From the NCBI GenBank assembly GCA_050014195.1, contig JBEKDT010000011.1:64001-128000 (forward strand): a stretch of 64,000 bases of DNA. The letters run 5' to 3'. Origin of the DNA: Desulfomonilia bacterium. Lineage in GTDB: Bacteria; Desulfobacterota; Desulfomonilia; UBA1062. The position numbers and the translations under genes were made by a program. The notes beneath the pieces were generated by a model, which worked only from the letters and a program-made list of their open reading frames with translations, was not told the DNA's origin and made no database searches. Below, in pieces: positions 51,428-62,033 of the stretch (its first letter is position 1; each line of letters starts with the position of its first letter).

Positions 51428-52279
51428 CTACTCGAACTCCGGCTTGCCTGCATCCGGGAAGAACAGCGGGCTTCCGTACTTGTCCATGCCGAACTTGGCT
51501 ATGATTTCCTGGACCTCTTTGCCGACCATGAATTCATCGAAGGCCCTGGCGGCATGTATGTTAACCTTTGGCCACTTGGCAGGATTCACCACTATGACGT
51601 GGTAGATGTTCAACAAGACCTTATCTCCCTCCACAAGGATGTCCAGGCCGAGGTTCTTCTTGAGTGACAGGTAGGTCCCTCGGTCAGTCAAGGTATAGGT
51701 CTTCTTCTCAGCCGACACGCTCAGGGTCTGGCCCATGCCGAGCCCGGTCTGCTGGTAGAACTTCTGTCCCTCGGGGTTGATCATGGCAGCCTTCCAGATA
51801 TCCTTCTCCTTGGCATTCGTGCCCGAGTTATCGCCCCGGGACATGAATACGGCACCCTTGGCCGCTATTTGCTTGAAGGCCTCGGCAGCGGATTTCATGC
51901 CCTTGATCCCGGCCGGGTCGGACGGCGGGCCGACAATGACGAAGTCGTTGTGCATGACCAGCATACGGTTAACGCCGTTGCCCTCTGCCATGAACTTCTT
52001 TTCAGCGGCAGGAGAGTGTACGAGCAGGACATCGGCCTCGCCCTTGGCGCCCATGGCCATGGCTTGGCCGGACCCTACGGCAATGGTCTTGACAAAGAAG
52101 CCTGTCTTCTTCTCGAAGAGCGGTGTGAGGACATCCAGCAAACCCGTGTCCTGGGTGCTTGTAGTGGTTGCCAGGATGAGGTTCTTCTGAACCGAGGCCG
52201 CCACTGCCGGGGTGCCCGCGAACACAGCAGCCAGACACAATGCCAAGATCCCTGCATACAAAAGATAACGCATCTTCAT
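51428..52279 (-). CDS. tupA: Tungstate-binding protein
   Basis: ATTTSTQDTGLL, SRGDNSGT, DRGT, NIYH. Confidence 0.92.
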   Translation of the reverse strand: MKMRYLLYAGILALCLAAVFAGTPAVAASVQKNLILATTTSTQDTGLLDVLTPLFEKKTGFFVKTIAVGSGQAMAMGAKGEADVLLVHSPAAEKKFMAEGNGVNRMLVMHNDFVIVGPPSDPAGIKGMKSAAEAFKQIAAKGAVFMSRGDNSGTNAKEKDIWKAAMINPEGQKFYQQTGLGMGQTLSVSAEKKTYTLTDRGTYLSLKKNLGLDILVEGDKVLLNIYHVIVVNPAKWPKVNIHAARAFDEFMVGKEVQEIIAKFGMDKYGSPLFFPDAGKPEFE

Positions 52280-52306
52280 GATATACTCCTCTCACATGGA
52301 TTGTCC

Positions 52307-52452
52307 TTACTGATTCTTGTGCTTCTCTTTCCAAGCCCTGGATTCGGGGAAGAACAGCGGCATGCCGTATGTGCCCTTGCCGAAAGTCTCAATGATCTTC
52401 TGTCCCTTGTCCGGATCTACGAGCCAGCTCACAAAGGCCATGGCTTCGTTAT
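52307..52452 (-). pseudogene. C-terminal remnant of a second tupA paralogue
   Basis: AMAFVSWLV...GQKIIETFGKGTYGMPLFFPES resembles TupA end ARAFDEFMV...QEIIAKFGMDKYGSPLFFPDA. Confidence 0.75.
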
Positions 52453-52454
52453 TG

Positions 52455-53375
52455 TTACCCAATCGGATACATAACCTTTCCCGTCTCACGGTCGTTGTAT
52501 CCTTTCATTACCTTCAGCAGATTTCTAAACGGTTCCGACCTAATGAACTCGACAAATGCCTGGACATTTTTATCGAAAAATATCTCTTTCTTTACGACCA
52601 TGTCGAATCGCTCTTCAAAGACAGGGAAGAATACGAGGCGCGATCCCACGGATACCGATTCAGATGCAATGCCCACATCCGATTGGCCTGTTGTAACGGA
52701 TCTCACCACGTCATAGTGTGTGAATACCTGAGTATCATATCCTGCAAGGTCTGTGGGCTCTATCCCTTCAGCCGTGATGAGATGCTCTACAAGAGCCCTG
52801 ACACCCGAGCCTTCCTGTCGGTTGATAAAACGAAGCCCATGATCAACACACTCTTGAAAGGATTGTATGGCAACATCTCTCGATACAAATCCCAGGGTCC
52901 TGTGAAAGAGGTTGATCACTACCAGATCATCGGGATCATGAAAATACTCACGTATACAGGGAAAGTTGAAGTCTTCTTGCACATGATCATAGAGATGGCT
53001 CACCGCAATAGTGCAGAAGCCGTCTTTCAGGAGCCTGATCCCTTCCCTGCTCCCAACGATCGAAGAGAACATGAGGTATTCCGGATACATCTTGTGGAAA
53101 TGTCCCTGGGCTATGGGGATGACCGGATCGTCTGAACCGCACACAAGAAGCACCTTCTTGTTGACGAGCGATTCCCAGAAGGATCCCCTGACCGCCTCCC
53201 GGGCCTTGCCCTTAATAAACTCTTCCAACTCGGACTTTGGGAAAAGCCACTTGCCCGTAACCTTGGTGCCGGGAAGCTTGCCATCCTTCACAAGGGCATA
53301 AAGCTTCTTTTCATTGATGTTGAGAAGATCTGATGCCTCTTTAACAGTTAATAAATCCTTTGTTTCGCAGCTCAT
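52455..53375 (-). CDS. Excisionase-type HTH + PBP-like regulator (TaoR-like tungstate/molybdate regulator)
   Basis: LLTVKEASDLLNINEKKLY...LPGTKVTGKWLFP; GSDD, FINRQEGSG; upstream of tupABC. Confidence 0.85.
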   Translation of the reverse strand: MSCETKDLLTVKEASDLLNINEKKLYALVKDGKLPGTKVTGKWLFPKSELEEFIKGKAREAVRGSFWESLVNKKVLLVCGSDDPVIPIAQGHFHKMYPEYLMFSSIVGSREGIRLLKDGFCTIAVSHLYDHVQEDFNFPCIREYFHDPDDLVVINLFHRTLGFVSRDVAIQSFQECVDHGLRFINRQEGSGVRALVEHLITAEGIEPTDLAGYDTQVFTHYDVVRSVTTGQSDVGIASESVSVGSRLVFFPVFEERFDMVVKKEIFFDKNVQAFVEFIRSEPFRNLLKVMKGYNDRETGKVMYPIG

Positions 53376-53393
53376 TTTATATTCCTGGAAATG

Positions 53394-53412
53394 GATTACC
53401 ATTGATTACCAT
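53394..53412. promoter_or_regulatory. Direct repeat, possible autoregulatory operator
   Basis: GATTACCAT twice with 10-bp period just upstream of the regulator start. Confidence 0.45.
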
Positions 53413-53643
53413 AAATCATACGAGTGATCCATGCCTCTGTCACGAACAGTTCATTCATCCGGCACAGAGAAACGATATATTCGAACAGGGGGTAATTATG
53501 AATGACCTTGACCCTGGAATGACGATCATCCTTGTATGAGTCGGATGCACAACACAATATGATTTCGGCCTGACCCGGTCCGACAAGGACAGCCCTTATC
53601 GGTACCGGGACAGGCCTGGCATGGGCAAGTACTGACTATATGG

Positions 53644-54231
53644 TTATGATTCCGAAGGAGTCTCTTTGGGCTCTGCCTTGGCTGCTTCAGGTTCAGCCTT
53701 GGGTTCTTTTGTCTTGGGCTTCTTCTCGGCCTTGGGTTCCTTCTCGGCCTTTGGCTCTTTCTCAGCCTTGGGTTCCTTCTCGGCCTTTGGCTCTTTCTCG
53801 GCCTTGGGTTCCTTCTCGGCCTTTGGCTCTTTCTCGGCCTTGGGTTCCTTCTCGGCCTTGGGTTCCTTCTCGGCCTTTGGCGCCTTTTCGGCCTTGGGCT
53901 CTTTCGGTCCCTTTTCTGCCTTGGCCTTCTTTTCCTTCTTCGGGGCCTGGGCCTCTGAGAGCTCTTTCTTTGTCTTTTCCTTTATTACCGGGGCCGCCTT
54001 TTTTTCCTCTTTAATCGTGGCCATTTCCTTGATCTTTTCATCTTTGGCGATGATCGCCCTGATCCTGGATGCAGTTTCCTTGATCTTGGCCTTGATCTTG
54101 CGGACCACGGTGTCCTTATCGATCCGACTATCGCTTGTGCCATTGCCCTTCAGGACATCAAGGCGCTGTTTCAGCTTGAGCTCCCAGTGCGCCTTCTGAT
54201 CTTCCCTAACTTTCATCAACTTGGACGCCAT
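53644..54231 (-). CDS. Lys/Glu-rich protein with (EKEPKA)n tail
   Basis: Start MASKL after GGAG; about ten 6-aa repeats. Confidence 0.8.
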   Translation of the reverse strand: MASKLMKVREDQKAHWELKLKQRLDVLKGNGTSDSRIDKDTVVRKIKAKIKETASRIRAIIAKDEKIKEMATIKEEKKAAPVIKEKTKKELSEAQAPKKEKKAKAEKGPKEPKAEKAPKAEKEPKAEKEPKAEKEPKAEKEPKAEKEPKAEKEPKAEKEPKAEKEPKAEKKPKTKEPKAEPEAAKAEPKETPSES

Positions 54232-54453
54232 TGCTACTCCTTTCACCTGATATCGTGTGCCGCCCCGGCTTAAAAAGCATACCCCCGCCAAGGTTGGCAA
54301 GGGTTTCCTGTGTAGCATAGATTGAATGCCATTTCTAGAGAGAAGAAGGTTGTGACGGTTGATAAAGTGATTGGAAAACTATTTTTCCTTGGACTGCACC
54401 TATATACCATCTTATCTGTGTCCCGCACCGCGAGCAGGAGTGCATCCATGGCA

Positions 54454-55159
54454 TCAACCCTGTTTTATTTTTTGGGCTTTAGATCTCCTTGACTCTACTC
54501 TGCGATACATGGCAGGGATCAATGCAAAAAGGCCAAGCAATGCAAGGGAGACGAGAACCCGCATGCTCGCAACCTGGCTAATGCTCTCTATGGATGCCAA
54601 GCTTGCCCCGGCATTGGCATAGATAAAGCTCCCGGGCAGGATGCCTATCATGGTCCCTATGAGGTATGTCTTTATTGAAAGACCCGTAACCCCGCAGGCG
54701 AGATTCACAAGGAAGAAGGGAAAGAGCGGCACGAGTCTTAAGAACAATAGGTAGGATAGTCCGTTCTCATTGAGTCCGTTATCGAGTGAAAGCATTCTTT
54801 GGCCGAATTGCTTCAAAACCCAGTCCCTTAACAATGTGCGGGCCAGAAGAAAGGCCAGCAAGGCACCTGTGGTTGCTCCGATATTGACCCAGATGGTCCC
54901 CATTACGGCACCGAATATGGCGCCTCCCGCCAGGGTCAGGATAGCGGCCCCGGGAAGGGATAGTGCGGTCTGTGTGGTATATATGAGGATGAACCCTATG
55001 ATAAAGGGCGTTCTGTGGGTCTGATAGGTAAGCATCAGGGTCTGTCTGTTTTCCTTGAGGCTTTTGAGGGTCAGAAAACGCTGGAGATCAAATGAGTAAA
55101 AGATCGCAATGGCCCCTATCAATATAAGGGATATCAGAATCTTTTTCTTCATGTCCATT
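54454..55159 (-). CDS. TVP38/DedA family membrane protein
   Basis: LSLPGA.ILTLAGGAIFG, LRLVPLFPFFLVN. Confidence 0.88.
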
Positions 55160-55338
55160 ACCATAGGCTCGCCAGGGCTTCTAAACAAGCTTAAGCTTTC
55201 TTATCATCAACTCCATGCCTCGGGAAAAATAAAAGAACTCTACTTGAATTCATTATTTCCGGACTTAGTATATTCAATGACCATGACGTCTCACTTGTTG
55301 GATCGTTGGTCATCGAATAATGCAAAGGGGGAATACGC

Positions 55339-55950
55339 ATGAAGGCGCTGGTTTTATTCTATTCCATGTACGGACATATCTACCAGATGGCGCAGGCCGC
55401 TGTGAAAGGCGCACAAGAGGTGGCAGGGGCGGTGGTGGACTTGAAACAGGTGCCGGAGACTCTGAGCGATGAGGTGCTTGGAAAGATGGGTGCCCTGGAG
55501 GCCCGCAAGGCATTTGCCCATATCCCGGTCTGCACGGTCGGCGAGCTCGCCTCCTATGATGCCATCATCTTCGGAGCCCCGACGAGATACGGCAATATGT
55601 GCGGCCAGATGAGGCAGTTCCTCGATGCAACAGGCCAGCTCTGGTCAAAGAACGCACTGGTGGGAAAGGTAGGAAGCGTATTCACGAGCTCGGCTACCCA
55701 ACATGGCGGCCAGGAATCGACTATCCTGAGTTTTCACACAACCCTGCTCCACCTCGGGATGATTATCGTGGGACTGCCATATAGCTTTGATCTGCAAATG
55801 GATATCCATGAGATCACCGGGTGTTCACCCTACGGTGCATCAACTATTGCAGGCGGTGACGGCAGCAGAATGCCGAGCACGCACGAGCTCACCGGGGCAC
55901 GCTACCAGGGGAAGCATGTAGCAACGATTGCTGCAAAGCTCTTCGGATAA
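55339..55950 (+). CDS. wrbA: NAD(P)H:quinone oxidoreductase WrbA
   Basis: [25 protein letters not shown]. Confidence 0.95.
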   Translation: MKALVLFYSMYGHIYQMAQAAVKGAQEVAGAVVDLKQVPETLSDEVLGKMGALEARKAFAHIPVCTVGELASYDAIIFGAPTRYGNMCGQMRQFLDATGQLWSKNALVGKVGSVFTSSATQHGGQESTILSFHTTLLHLGMIIVGLPYSFDLQMDIHEITGCSPYGASTIAGGDGSRMPSTHELTGARYQGKHVATIAAKLFG

Positions 55951-56163
55951 TCATATCAACCCATACCGCCCCCTTTTTCATAAGGGGGCTCTCACTCTCC
56001 TGGTGCATACAAACAACCATTGTACTGAATCGATAGAGAAGAGTACGGAACGTGCCCCCTCTTTATTGGGAGATCTTGGCAGAAGATCATCAGTTTCTCA
56101 GAACTTGTGGAACCAATCATTTATCGCAGGAATCAACACTCTTGAGTTTACTTAGGATGAAAT

Positions 56164-56195
56164 AAAAAGCAGGGCCTGAGATTGACCCTGCTTTT
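56164..56195. terminator. Bidirectional terminator
   Basis: AAAAGCAGGG/CCCTGCTTTT between convergent genes. Confidence 0.75.
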
Positions 56196-56215
56196 ATCAT
56201 TTTAAAAATGAAAAG

Positions 56216-56884
56216 TTATCCTTTCAGCTTCTTTCTGAGCCCTGCCAGCCCAACCAAGCCAGAGCTAAGAAGCAGCATGGTGGCGGGTTCAGGGACTGGC
56301 GAATTCGCATTGGCATTGATCGTGAGATTGTTGTCGGGGTTAAAGTTACTGAAGCCAAAAAGGTAGAGATCATCGCCAGTGTTTGGCTGAGGGAATGATC
56401 CACCCAACACAACCGAGTTGCCCTCATTGGCCTGTAACCATGACAGTCCTGCGTTATTGAGCGAAATCGCGAGCCACGAATTGGCGTCGCCCGTTCCGAC
56501 TGAGATCGAACCGATCGCTGGTCCTGAAGTGAGAGCGTTGTACATTGCAACATTGCCCGTGTTATCATTTTCAACCGACGTGTTCAAAGACGTTCCGTAG
56601 ATGGTGTAAGTGCCGGGTACCGATATGCCATACGAGTACACGTTAAACGTAGCAGCCGACACGGGTCCGGAAAATCCACTCAGGCCGAACACAAAGAAGT
56701 CATTTAACTGTGGGCCAAAATGGCTCCCCGAGTAATAGTTTTCATTACTGTAGGAATGGTTGCCGCTGTCGTCATACCAGCCTGAATAGCTGTTGTTGAT
56801 CACGACAGAGGCATTCGCCTGTCCGGCCCATCCAATACAAATGATTGTGCAAAAAATGACTGTGCTTAAGAATATCTTCTTCAT
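56216..56884 (-). CDS. PEP-CTERM sorting-domain surface protein
   Basis: Signal peptide, N/S/G-rich body, VPEPATMLLLSSGLVGLAGLRKK tail. Confidence 0.92.
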   Translation of the reverse strand: MKKIFLSTVIFCTIICIGWAGQANASVVINNSYSGWYDDSGNHSYSNENYYSGSHFGPQLNDFFVFGLSGFSGPVSAATFNVYSYGISVPGTYTIYGTSLNTSVENDNTGNVAMYNALTSGPAIGSISVGTGDANSWLAISLNNAGLSWLQANEGNSVVLGGSFPQPNTGDDLYLFGFSNFNPDNNLTINANANSPVPEPATMLLLSSGLVGLAGLRKKLKG

Positions 56885-56937
56885 ACTCACCTCCTCTATA
56901 ATTATTTTTCTTAAAAAACCAAGACGTTTTAAAATAA

Positions 56938-57146
56938 AGCAACTTTCATTCCAAATATACAAGTAATATAATTTATTGATGATTAAGTTTCATCATTTTA
57001 AAGAGAAACCAAAAGTGTAAGAGTTTCCGACATAACTCTAAAACAATCTCGTTTATTCATCGAAGGATCGAAACAAATTTAAAAAGCAATTTCAGTGAGT
57101 TGTGAAATAGAAACAAGCAAAATGAAATATGTAAAGAAAACCGACA
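56938..57146 (-). promoter_or_regulatory. Sigma54 promoter with two TGT-N11-ACA enhancer sites
   Basis: TTGGAATGAAAGTTGCT (GG-N10-GC) at 56938-56954; TGTAAGAGTTTCCGACA 57016-57032 and TGTAAAGAAAACCGACA 57130-57146. Confidence 0.7.
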
Positions 57147-57521
57147 ATTTTCAATGACTTGACAATATCTGAAATTATGGCTTGGAACCGTAATAATTTG
57201 TGACAAATAAAATATTTTTGTTATTACCGCTGAAATCCTGCATCTCCGCCGATATTGACAATTTGTGAACTACAGGTAGTTATACTATTTTATCACAAGT
57301 ACGCTTAACCTGGAAGAACTATATTTAAAGCCAATGAACTGATGATCACGTGCCAAAATCGTCGCTTTGGCCATATTGATGATTTCTGCAATAAATCATC
57401 AGTTGGAAAAAGTATACCTGTGGTGTCCTTGGGCTTAAACAGATAGATAGTGTTCTTTCCGGACTGAACCGGTCCGGTTATGATGGATGAGCAGACATTA
57501 TCAGATTTGTTGACAATTGAA

Positions 57522-58523
57522 TTATCCCCTGAGCCTCTTCTTGAGCTCTTTGACGAGTGCGAGACAGACCTGGTTCGCGTCCGCCGTGATGGCCACATCC
57601 GCCATCTTCATCATGGCGGCATTGGGATTCTTGTTGACTGCAATGATGAACCCGGCATCGATGATGCCTGCAGTATGCTGGATTGCACCGCTAATACCGA
57701 AGGAAAAAAGGACTTTGGGCCTGATATGCTTGTCGGCCTGGCCCACAAGCGCTTCATCGTCCGCCCACTTGGAATAAACAACAGGCCTGGTGGCCCCCAC
57801 CTCGCCGCCCAGGAGCCGTGCAAGCTCATAGAGGTTTCTGAATTTGTTCTTCCCGGCCATGCCTCTGCCGCCGCAGACCACCACTGCTGCATCCTCGAGC
57901 TTCTGGATGGTGGGAGGCTTGCGCTCTGAGCTGATGAGGCGGACACGGTCCCTGGGAAGGTCGTCGGGAAGCGGGATCATGACAACCTCCCCTGTCGCTT
58001 GGTAATTATGGGGGATCTCCTGGAAGATACCGGGTCTCACGGTTGCCATCTGGGGCCGTTTCTCGGGTGTGATTATCCTGGCGAGAAGATTCCCGCCAAA
58101 GGCAGGTGCCGTCTGTACAAGCAGCCCATCCTTGTTGATATCCAAGCCCACACAATCGGCGGTCAGCCCTGTACCAAGACGCTTTGCAACCCTGGGTGCG
58201 AACTCCCTGCCGAACGTCGTGGCCCCCACCAGGATGATCTCCGGAGTGTATTCCCTGGCCAGACGCTCCATAAGCGTGACATAGAGATCTGTGGAATAGT
58301 CCTTCAGGGACTCGTCTTCCACCACATAAATCTTCTTTGCGCCATGGGCGATGTATTCTCCCACCCATTCGTCAACCTGATGGCCGAATACGGTTGCGCA
58401 CACGGATGCGTGTAATTGGGCGGCAAGGTCGGTGGCCCTTGAAAGGAGCTGCAGGGTAACCCGGTTCTGGAAATAATTACGGTAGTCTCCGAATACCCAG
58501 ATCTCCGGTACACGCTCTTCCAT
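57522..58523 (-). CDS. etfA: Electron transfer flavoprotein alpha subunit
   Basis: GLTADC, PQMATVRPG, GGRG, GISGAIQH. Confidence 0.92.
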   Translation of the reverse strand: MEERVPEIWVFGDYRNYFQNRVTLQLLSRATDLAAQLHASVCATVFGHQVDEWVGEYIAHGAKKIYVVEDESLKDYSTDLYVTLMERLAREYTPEIILVGATTFGREFAPRVAKRLGTGLTADCVGLDINKDGLLVQTAPAFGGNLLARIITPEKRPQMATVRPGIFQEIPHNYQATGEVVMIPLPDDLPRDRVRLISSERKPPTIQKLEDAAVVVCGGRGMAGKNKFRNLYELARLLGGEVGATRPVVYSKWADDEALVGQADKHIRPKVLFSFGISGAIQHTAGIIDAGFIIAVNKNPNAAMMKMADVAITADANQVCLALVKELKKRLRG

Positions 58524-58530
58524 GGTATGC

Positions 58531-59361
58531 TTAGCCTTCCCTCTTCAAATCTTTCTTGATGACACCACCTATCCTGGATTCAAAGCGATCGAAGAGCTCC
58601 TCAACAATCTTCTTCGGAGCCCCTTTTAACACGATGTTTTCCTTTTCTGCCCTGGGGGCATATACATCAATGATCCTGGTGGGAGAACCATTGATGCCTA
58701 TGGAGGCCGGATCCAGAGCCAGGTCGGATGCGCTCACCGTGAGGATGTTGTGATCTTCGAAGGCGTCCTGCAAACCGGAAAGTGTCACGTATCGCGGCTG
58801 GAAATGCTGGGTGTTCACCGTTACCAGACAGGGCAGGTCAGCCTCCAGGGTCTCAAGAAAGTTGTCGGATAACCGTTTGATCCGTATGGTATTGTCCTTC
58901 AGGTCCATGCTGTCGACGTATGTCAGCACGGGGATATCCAACTCTTCAGCCAGCTGGGGCCCTACCTGGGCTGTCTCGCTGTCCGTCGTATGGCATCCGG
59001 TCAGGATAAGGTCGAAATCAGGGCTGAAAATCTCAATTGCTTTTGCCAGGGTATAGGATGTGACAAGGGTATCCGCTCCTGCCATGGCCGGGTCCGAAAG
59101 CATGAGGCAACGGTCTGCGCCCATGGCAATGGCCTCTCTCAGGATCTCTTCAGCCATGGGCGGCCCCATGGTGATGGCGGCGACATTCCCGCCATAGCGG
59201 CTTTTCAAGGTAAGTGCGGCTTCAAGGGCGTGTTTGCATGCGGGGTTCATCATGCCGTCGGCAAGTTCCCGCTTTAACGTTCCGGTCTTCGCATCCCAGG
59301 GCAGCTCGCTCGCCATGGGAACCTGCTTGATGCATACGATCATCCTAATCATGGTGTGCAT
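58531..59361 (-). CDS. etfB: Electron transfer flavoprotein beta subunit
   Basis: VCIKQVP, TMGPP, GADTLVTS, TAQVGP. Confidence 0.92.
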   Translation of the reverse strand: MHTMIRMIVCIKQVPMASELPWDAKTGTLKRELADGMMNPACKHALEAALTLKSRYGGNVAAITMGPPMAEEILREAIAMGADRCLMLSDPAMAGADTLVTSYTLAKAIEIFSPDFDLILTGCHTTDSETAQVGPQLAEELDIPVLTYVDSMDLKDNTIRIKRLSDNFLETLEADLPCLVTVNTQHFQPRYVTLSGLQDAFEDHNILTVSASDLALDPASIGINGSPTRIIDVYAPRAEKENIVLKGAPKKIVEELFDRFESRIGGVIKKDLKREG

Positions 59362-59368
59362 CCTTGTT

Positions 59369-60517
59369 TCATGTCAGTTCATTAAGCACTGAACGGGAAA
59401 TGACCAGACGCTGTATCTCACTGGTGCCCTCGTATATCTCAGTGACTTTGGCATCCCTGAAATATCGCTCTACATCATATTCTTTGCTATAACCGTATCC
59501 CCCATGGATCTGCACCGCCCTGCCGGTCACGGAAGAGCTCACGGTGCTGCTGTAGAGCTTTGCCATGGCAGCCTCCTTGCCGAATGGTTTCCCGGCGTCC
59601 TTCAAGGCGCAAACCCGGTAAACCAGGAGCCGCGCCGCGTCAATCTCGGTGGCCATGTCTGCCAGCATGTTCTGAATGGATTGGAATGCTGCAATAGGCT
59701 TCCTGAACTGCTGACGCTCCTTGGAATATTTTACCGAGGCCTCAAAGGCGGCCTGGGCGATGCCGACGGCCTGGGCTGCGATCCCGATGCGGCCCGTGTC
59801 AAGGGTAGCGAGAGCTATCTTGATACCGTCTCCGACCTTTCCCAGAAGGTTCTCCTGCGGGACCCGACAGTCCTCGAAGAACAGCGAGGATACCGGGTTT
59901 GCCCGCATACCGCAGAGGTCTTCAATTTCACCTACCGAATAACCGGCCATGTCACTTTCCAGAATGAACACACCGGCGCTGCGTGCAGAATCAGCTGCAT
60001 TGGTCACGGCAAAGATGAGCGGCAGCGAGCATACACCCCCATTGGTTACGAAGATCTTGGTGCCGTTGATGATGTATCCATCCCCCAAGGACACCGCATG
60101 GGTCTCAACACCTGATGCATCCGATCCTGCATTCGCCTCGGTCAGGCAAAAGGCACCGATGCATTCGCCGCTTGCAAGCCTAGGAACAAAGCGCTTCTTC
60201 TGTTCATCCGTGCCGAAGCGCAGGATGGGATAGATGCCCACACTGTTGTGAACGGTCACGCACAGCCCCATAGCGCCGCTGACACGAGAGATCTCTTCAA
60301 CGACAATGGAATAGCTGATGCTGTCGAGATCTGCACCGCCGTATTCTTTAGGAACTTGCAGTCCGAAGAAGTTCAGAGGCCGCATCTTCTCCACAACTTC
60401 CCAGGGGAAACGGGCATCCCTGTCCATCTCGTGCGCAATGGGTCCGAGCTCCGCCTCGGAAAACTCCCGGACCGTTTTGCGGACCATCTTATGCTTCATA
60501 CAGGGATCCAATCTCAC
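59369..60517 (-). CDS. Acyl-CoA dehydrogenase (butyryl-CoA DH-like)
   Basis: FCLTEANAGSD, NGTKIFVTNG, GRIGIAAQ, QIHGGYGY, IYEGTSEIQ. Confidence 0.93.
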   Translation of the reverse strand: MRLDPCMKHKMVRKTVREFSEAELGPIAHEMDRDARFPWEVVEKMRPLNFFGLQVPKEYGGADLDSISYSIVVEEISRVSGAMGLCVTVHNSVGIYPILRFGTDEQKKRFVPRLASGECIGAFCLTEANAGSDASGVETHAVSLGDGYIINGTKIFVTNGGVCSLPLIFAVTNAADSARSAGVFILESDMAGYSVGEIEDLCGMRANPVSSLFFEDCRVPQENLLGKVGDGIKIALATLDTGRIGIAAQAVGIAQAAFEASVKYSKERQQFRKPIAAFQSIQNMLADMATEIDAARLLVYRVCALKDAGKPFGKEAAMAKLYSSTVSSSVTGRAVQIHGGYGYSKEYDVERYFRDAKVTEIYEGTSEIQRLVISRSVLNELT

Positions 60518-60674
60518 GTAATACTCTCTTATATGTCCGATTCCGCTAGTATTGAGCCGACGGTTTGGCGCGCACCATAGCCTAAAACAGGTCAAATTTC
60601 AAGAGATCAACTGAAAAGCACTCCTCTTGGCCCATAAGGAAATCCGGACTATCTACTTCTAAGAAATAATTATA

Positions 60675-62033
60675 TCAACGGGCCTTCCTGACCCGAAGCC
60701 CTTGAACGTTCGTACATGCATTGCTGTAGGAAAAAAAGCAATTACGTTTTTCCTTTGCCTTGTACATGGCACTGTCAGAGTGTTTCAGGAGGGTCTCCGC
60801 ATCACTTCCGTCATCAGGATAGGTGCTTGCCCCAATGCTGGGCGTCACGAAATCGATCTTAATGCCCTGGATGATATATGGCTTGGATAAACATTTCAGA
60901 ATCCTGGAAGCTACCTTATCAAGATTCGGCCTTACAATATCGCCAAGGATGATGGTGAATTCGTCTCCACCCAGCCTGCTTATGTAATCCGTATCACGAA
61001 GGATCTCATTCAAGCGCGCAGAGACCTGCATAAGCAGCTTATCACCGATCTCGTGACCGTAGACATCATTCACCTTCTTGAAGTGATCCAGGTCGATGAA
61101 CAGAATTGACCGGTAATGTTCATACCGTCTGGCCTCCATGATCACTTCGTCAAGCTTCTCGAGAAAGGACTTGCGGTTATGCAGCCCTGTGAGGGGATCG
61201 TGATATGCCAGATATGCAAGCTCTTGTTCTGTTTTCTTACGCGCTGAACAATCCCGCACGATGCCGCAGAAGCCTATAGGATTGCCGTCCCTGTCTTTTT
61301 GCAGAGAAACGGATGATTCGACGTACATCGTTGTCCCGTCTTTCTTGATAAGTTCCCAATCAAGTGATTTTGTGGGGGTACCTGTGAGAAAGACATTGCT
61401 AAATGTTTCAAATACACGCTTTGCATTGGCATCATCCAAATATTTCTTATAGTTGAGCCCGATACATTCATCGTATGTATACCCGAGCTGATTTGGGATG
61501 ATATCGTTGAAGAAGGTGAAACTGCCCCCGAGATCGACTTCGAAATATCCGTCCTCGATGGAATCAAGGATGGATCGGAACCTGATCTCGCTTTCAATAA
61601 GGGCCTGTTCCGTTTCCAGTACATCCGTGACATCCCGGGCAATGCCCTGGATTGTCTTGGTTCCGTCGGGATGCACGGCAAGATGATTCTTGTGCTCTAC
61701 GATTCGCTTCCGGCCTGTCTTCGCAACAAGCTGGATGAGCCCCTCATCACGGCCGTTTTCAACCACCCTGCTGATGTATTCGTGAAATTGATCCTGATAC
61801 TTCTCAGGCAGCATGCTCTTTACATTCAATCCTATCATCTCTTCCCTGTTGTAGCCGAGGAACCCCACAAAACGCGGACAAATGCCTAAAAAGACGCCAT
61901 CGAGATCATGCTCAAAGATAAACTCGTTTACACTGTTGTAGATCTCGCCAAACATGGTAAGATCATCACATGACGTCTTTGAGAGTTCGGCGATTTTGTC
62001 TGCGAGATCTCTTTGTGTGAGCTTGTTGGCCAA
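60675..62033 (-). CDS. PAS-PAS diguanylate cyclase
   Basis: Two PAS/PAC segments, HDPLTGLHNR, RLGGDEF. Confidence 0.92.
   Translation of the reverse strand: MANKLTQRDLADKIAELSKTSCDDLTMFGEIYNSVNEFIFEHDLDGVFLGICPRFVGFLGYNREEMIGLNVKSMLPEKYQDQFHEYISRVVENGRDEGLIQLVAKTGRKRIVEHKNHLAVHPDGTKTIQGIARDVTDVLETEQALIESEIRFRSILDSIEDGYFEVDLGGSFTFFNDIIPNQLGYTYDECIGLNYKKYLDDANAKRVFETFSNVFLTGTPTKSLDWELIKKDGTTMYVESSVSLQKDRDGNPIGFCGIVRDCSARKKTEQELAYLAYHDPLTGLHNRKSFLEKLDEVIMEARRYEHYRSILFIDLDHFKKVNDVYGHEIGDKLLMQVSARLNEILRDTDYISRLGGDEFTIILGDIVRPNLDKVASRILKCLSKPYIIQGIKIDFVTPSIGASTYPDDGSDAETLLKHSDSAMYKAKEKRNCFFSYSNACTNVQGLRVRKAR

Noticed and set aside
53640-54199. Plus-strand repeat ORFs (124 and 177 aa)
   Set aside because: Antisense shadows of the EKEPKA repeat gene
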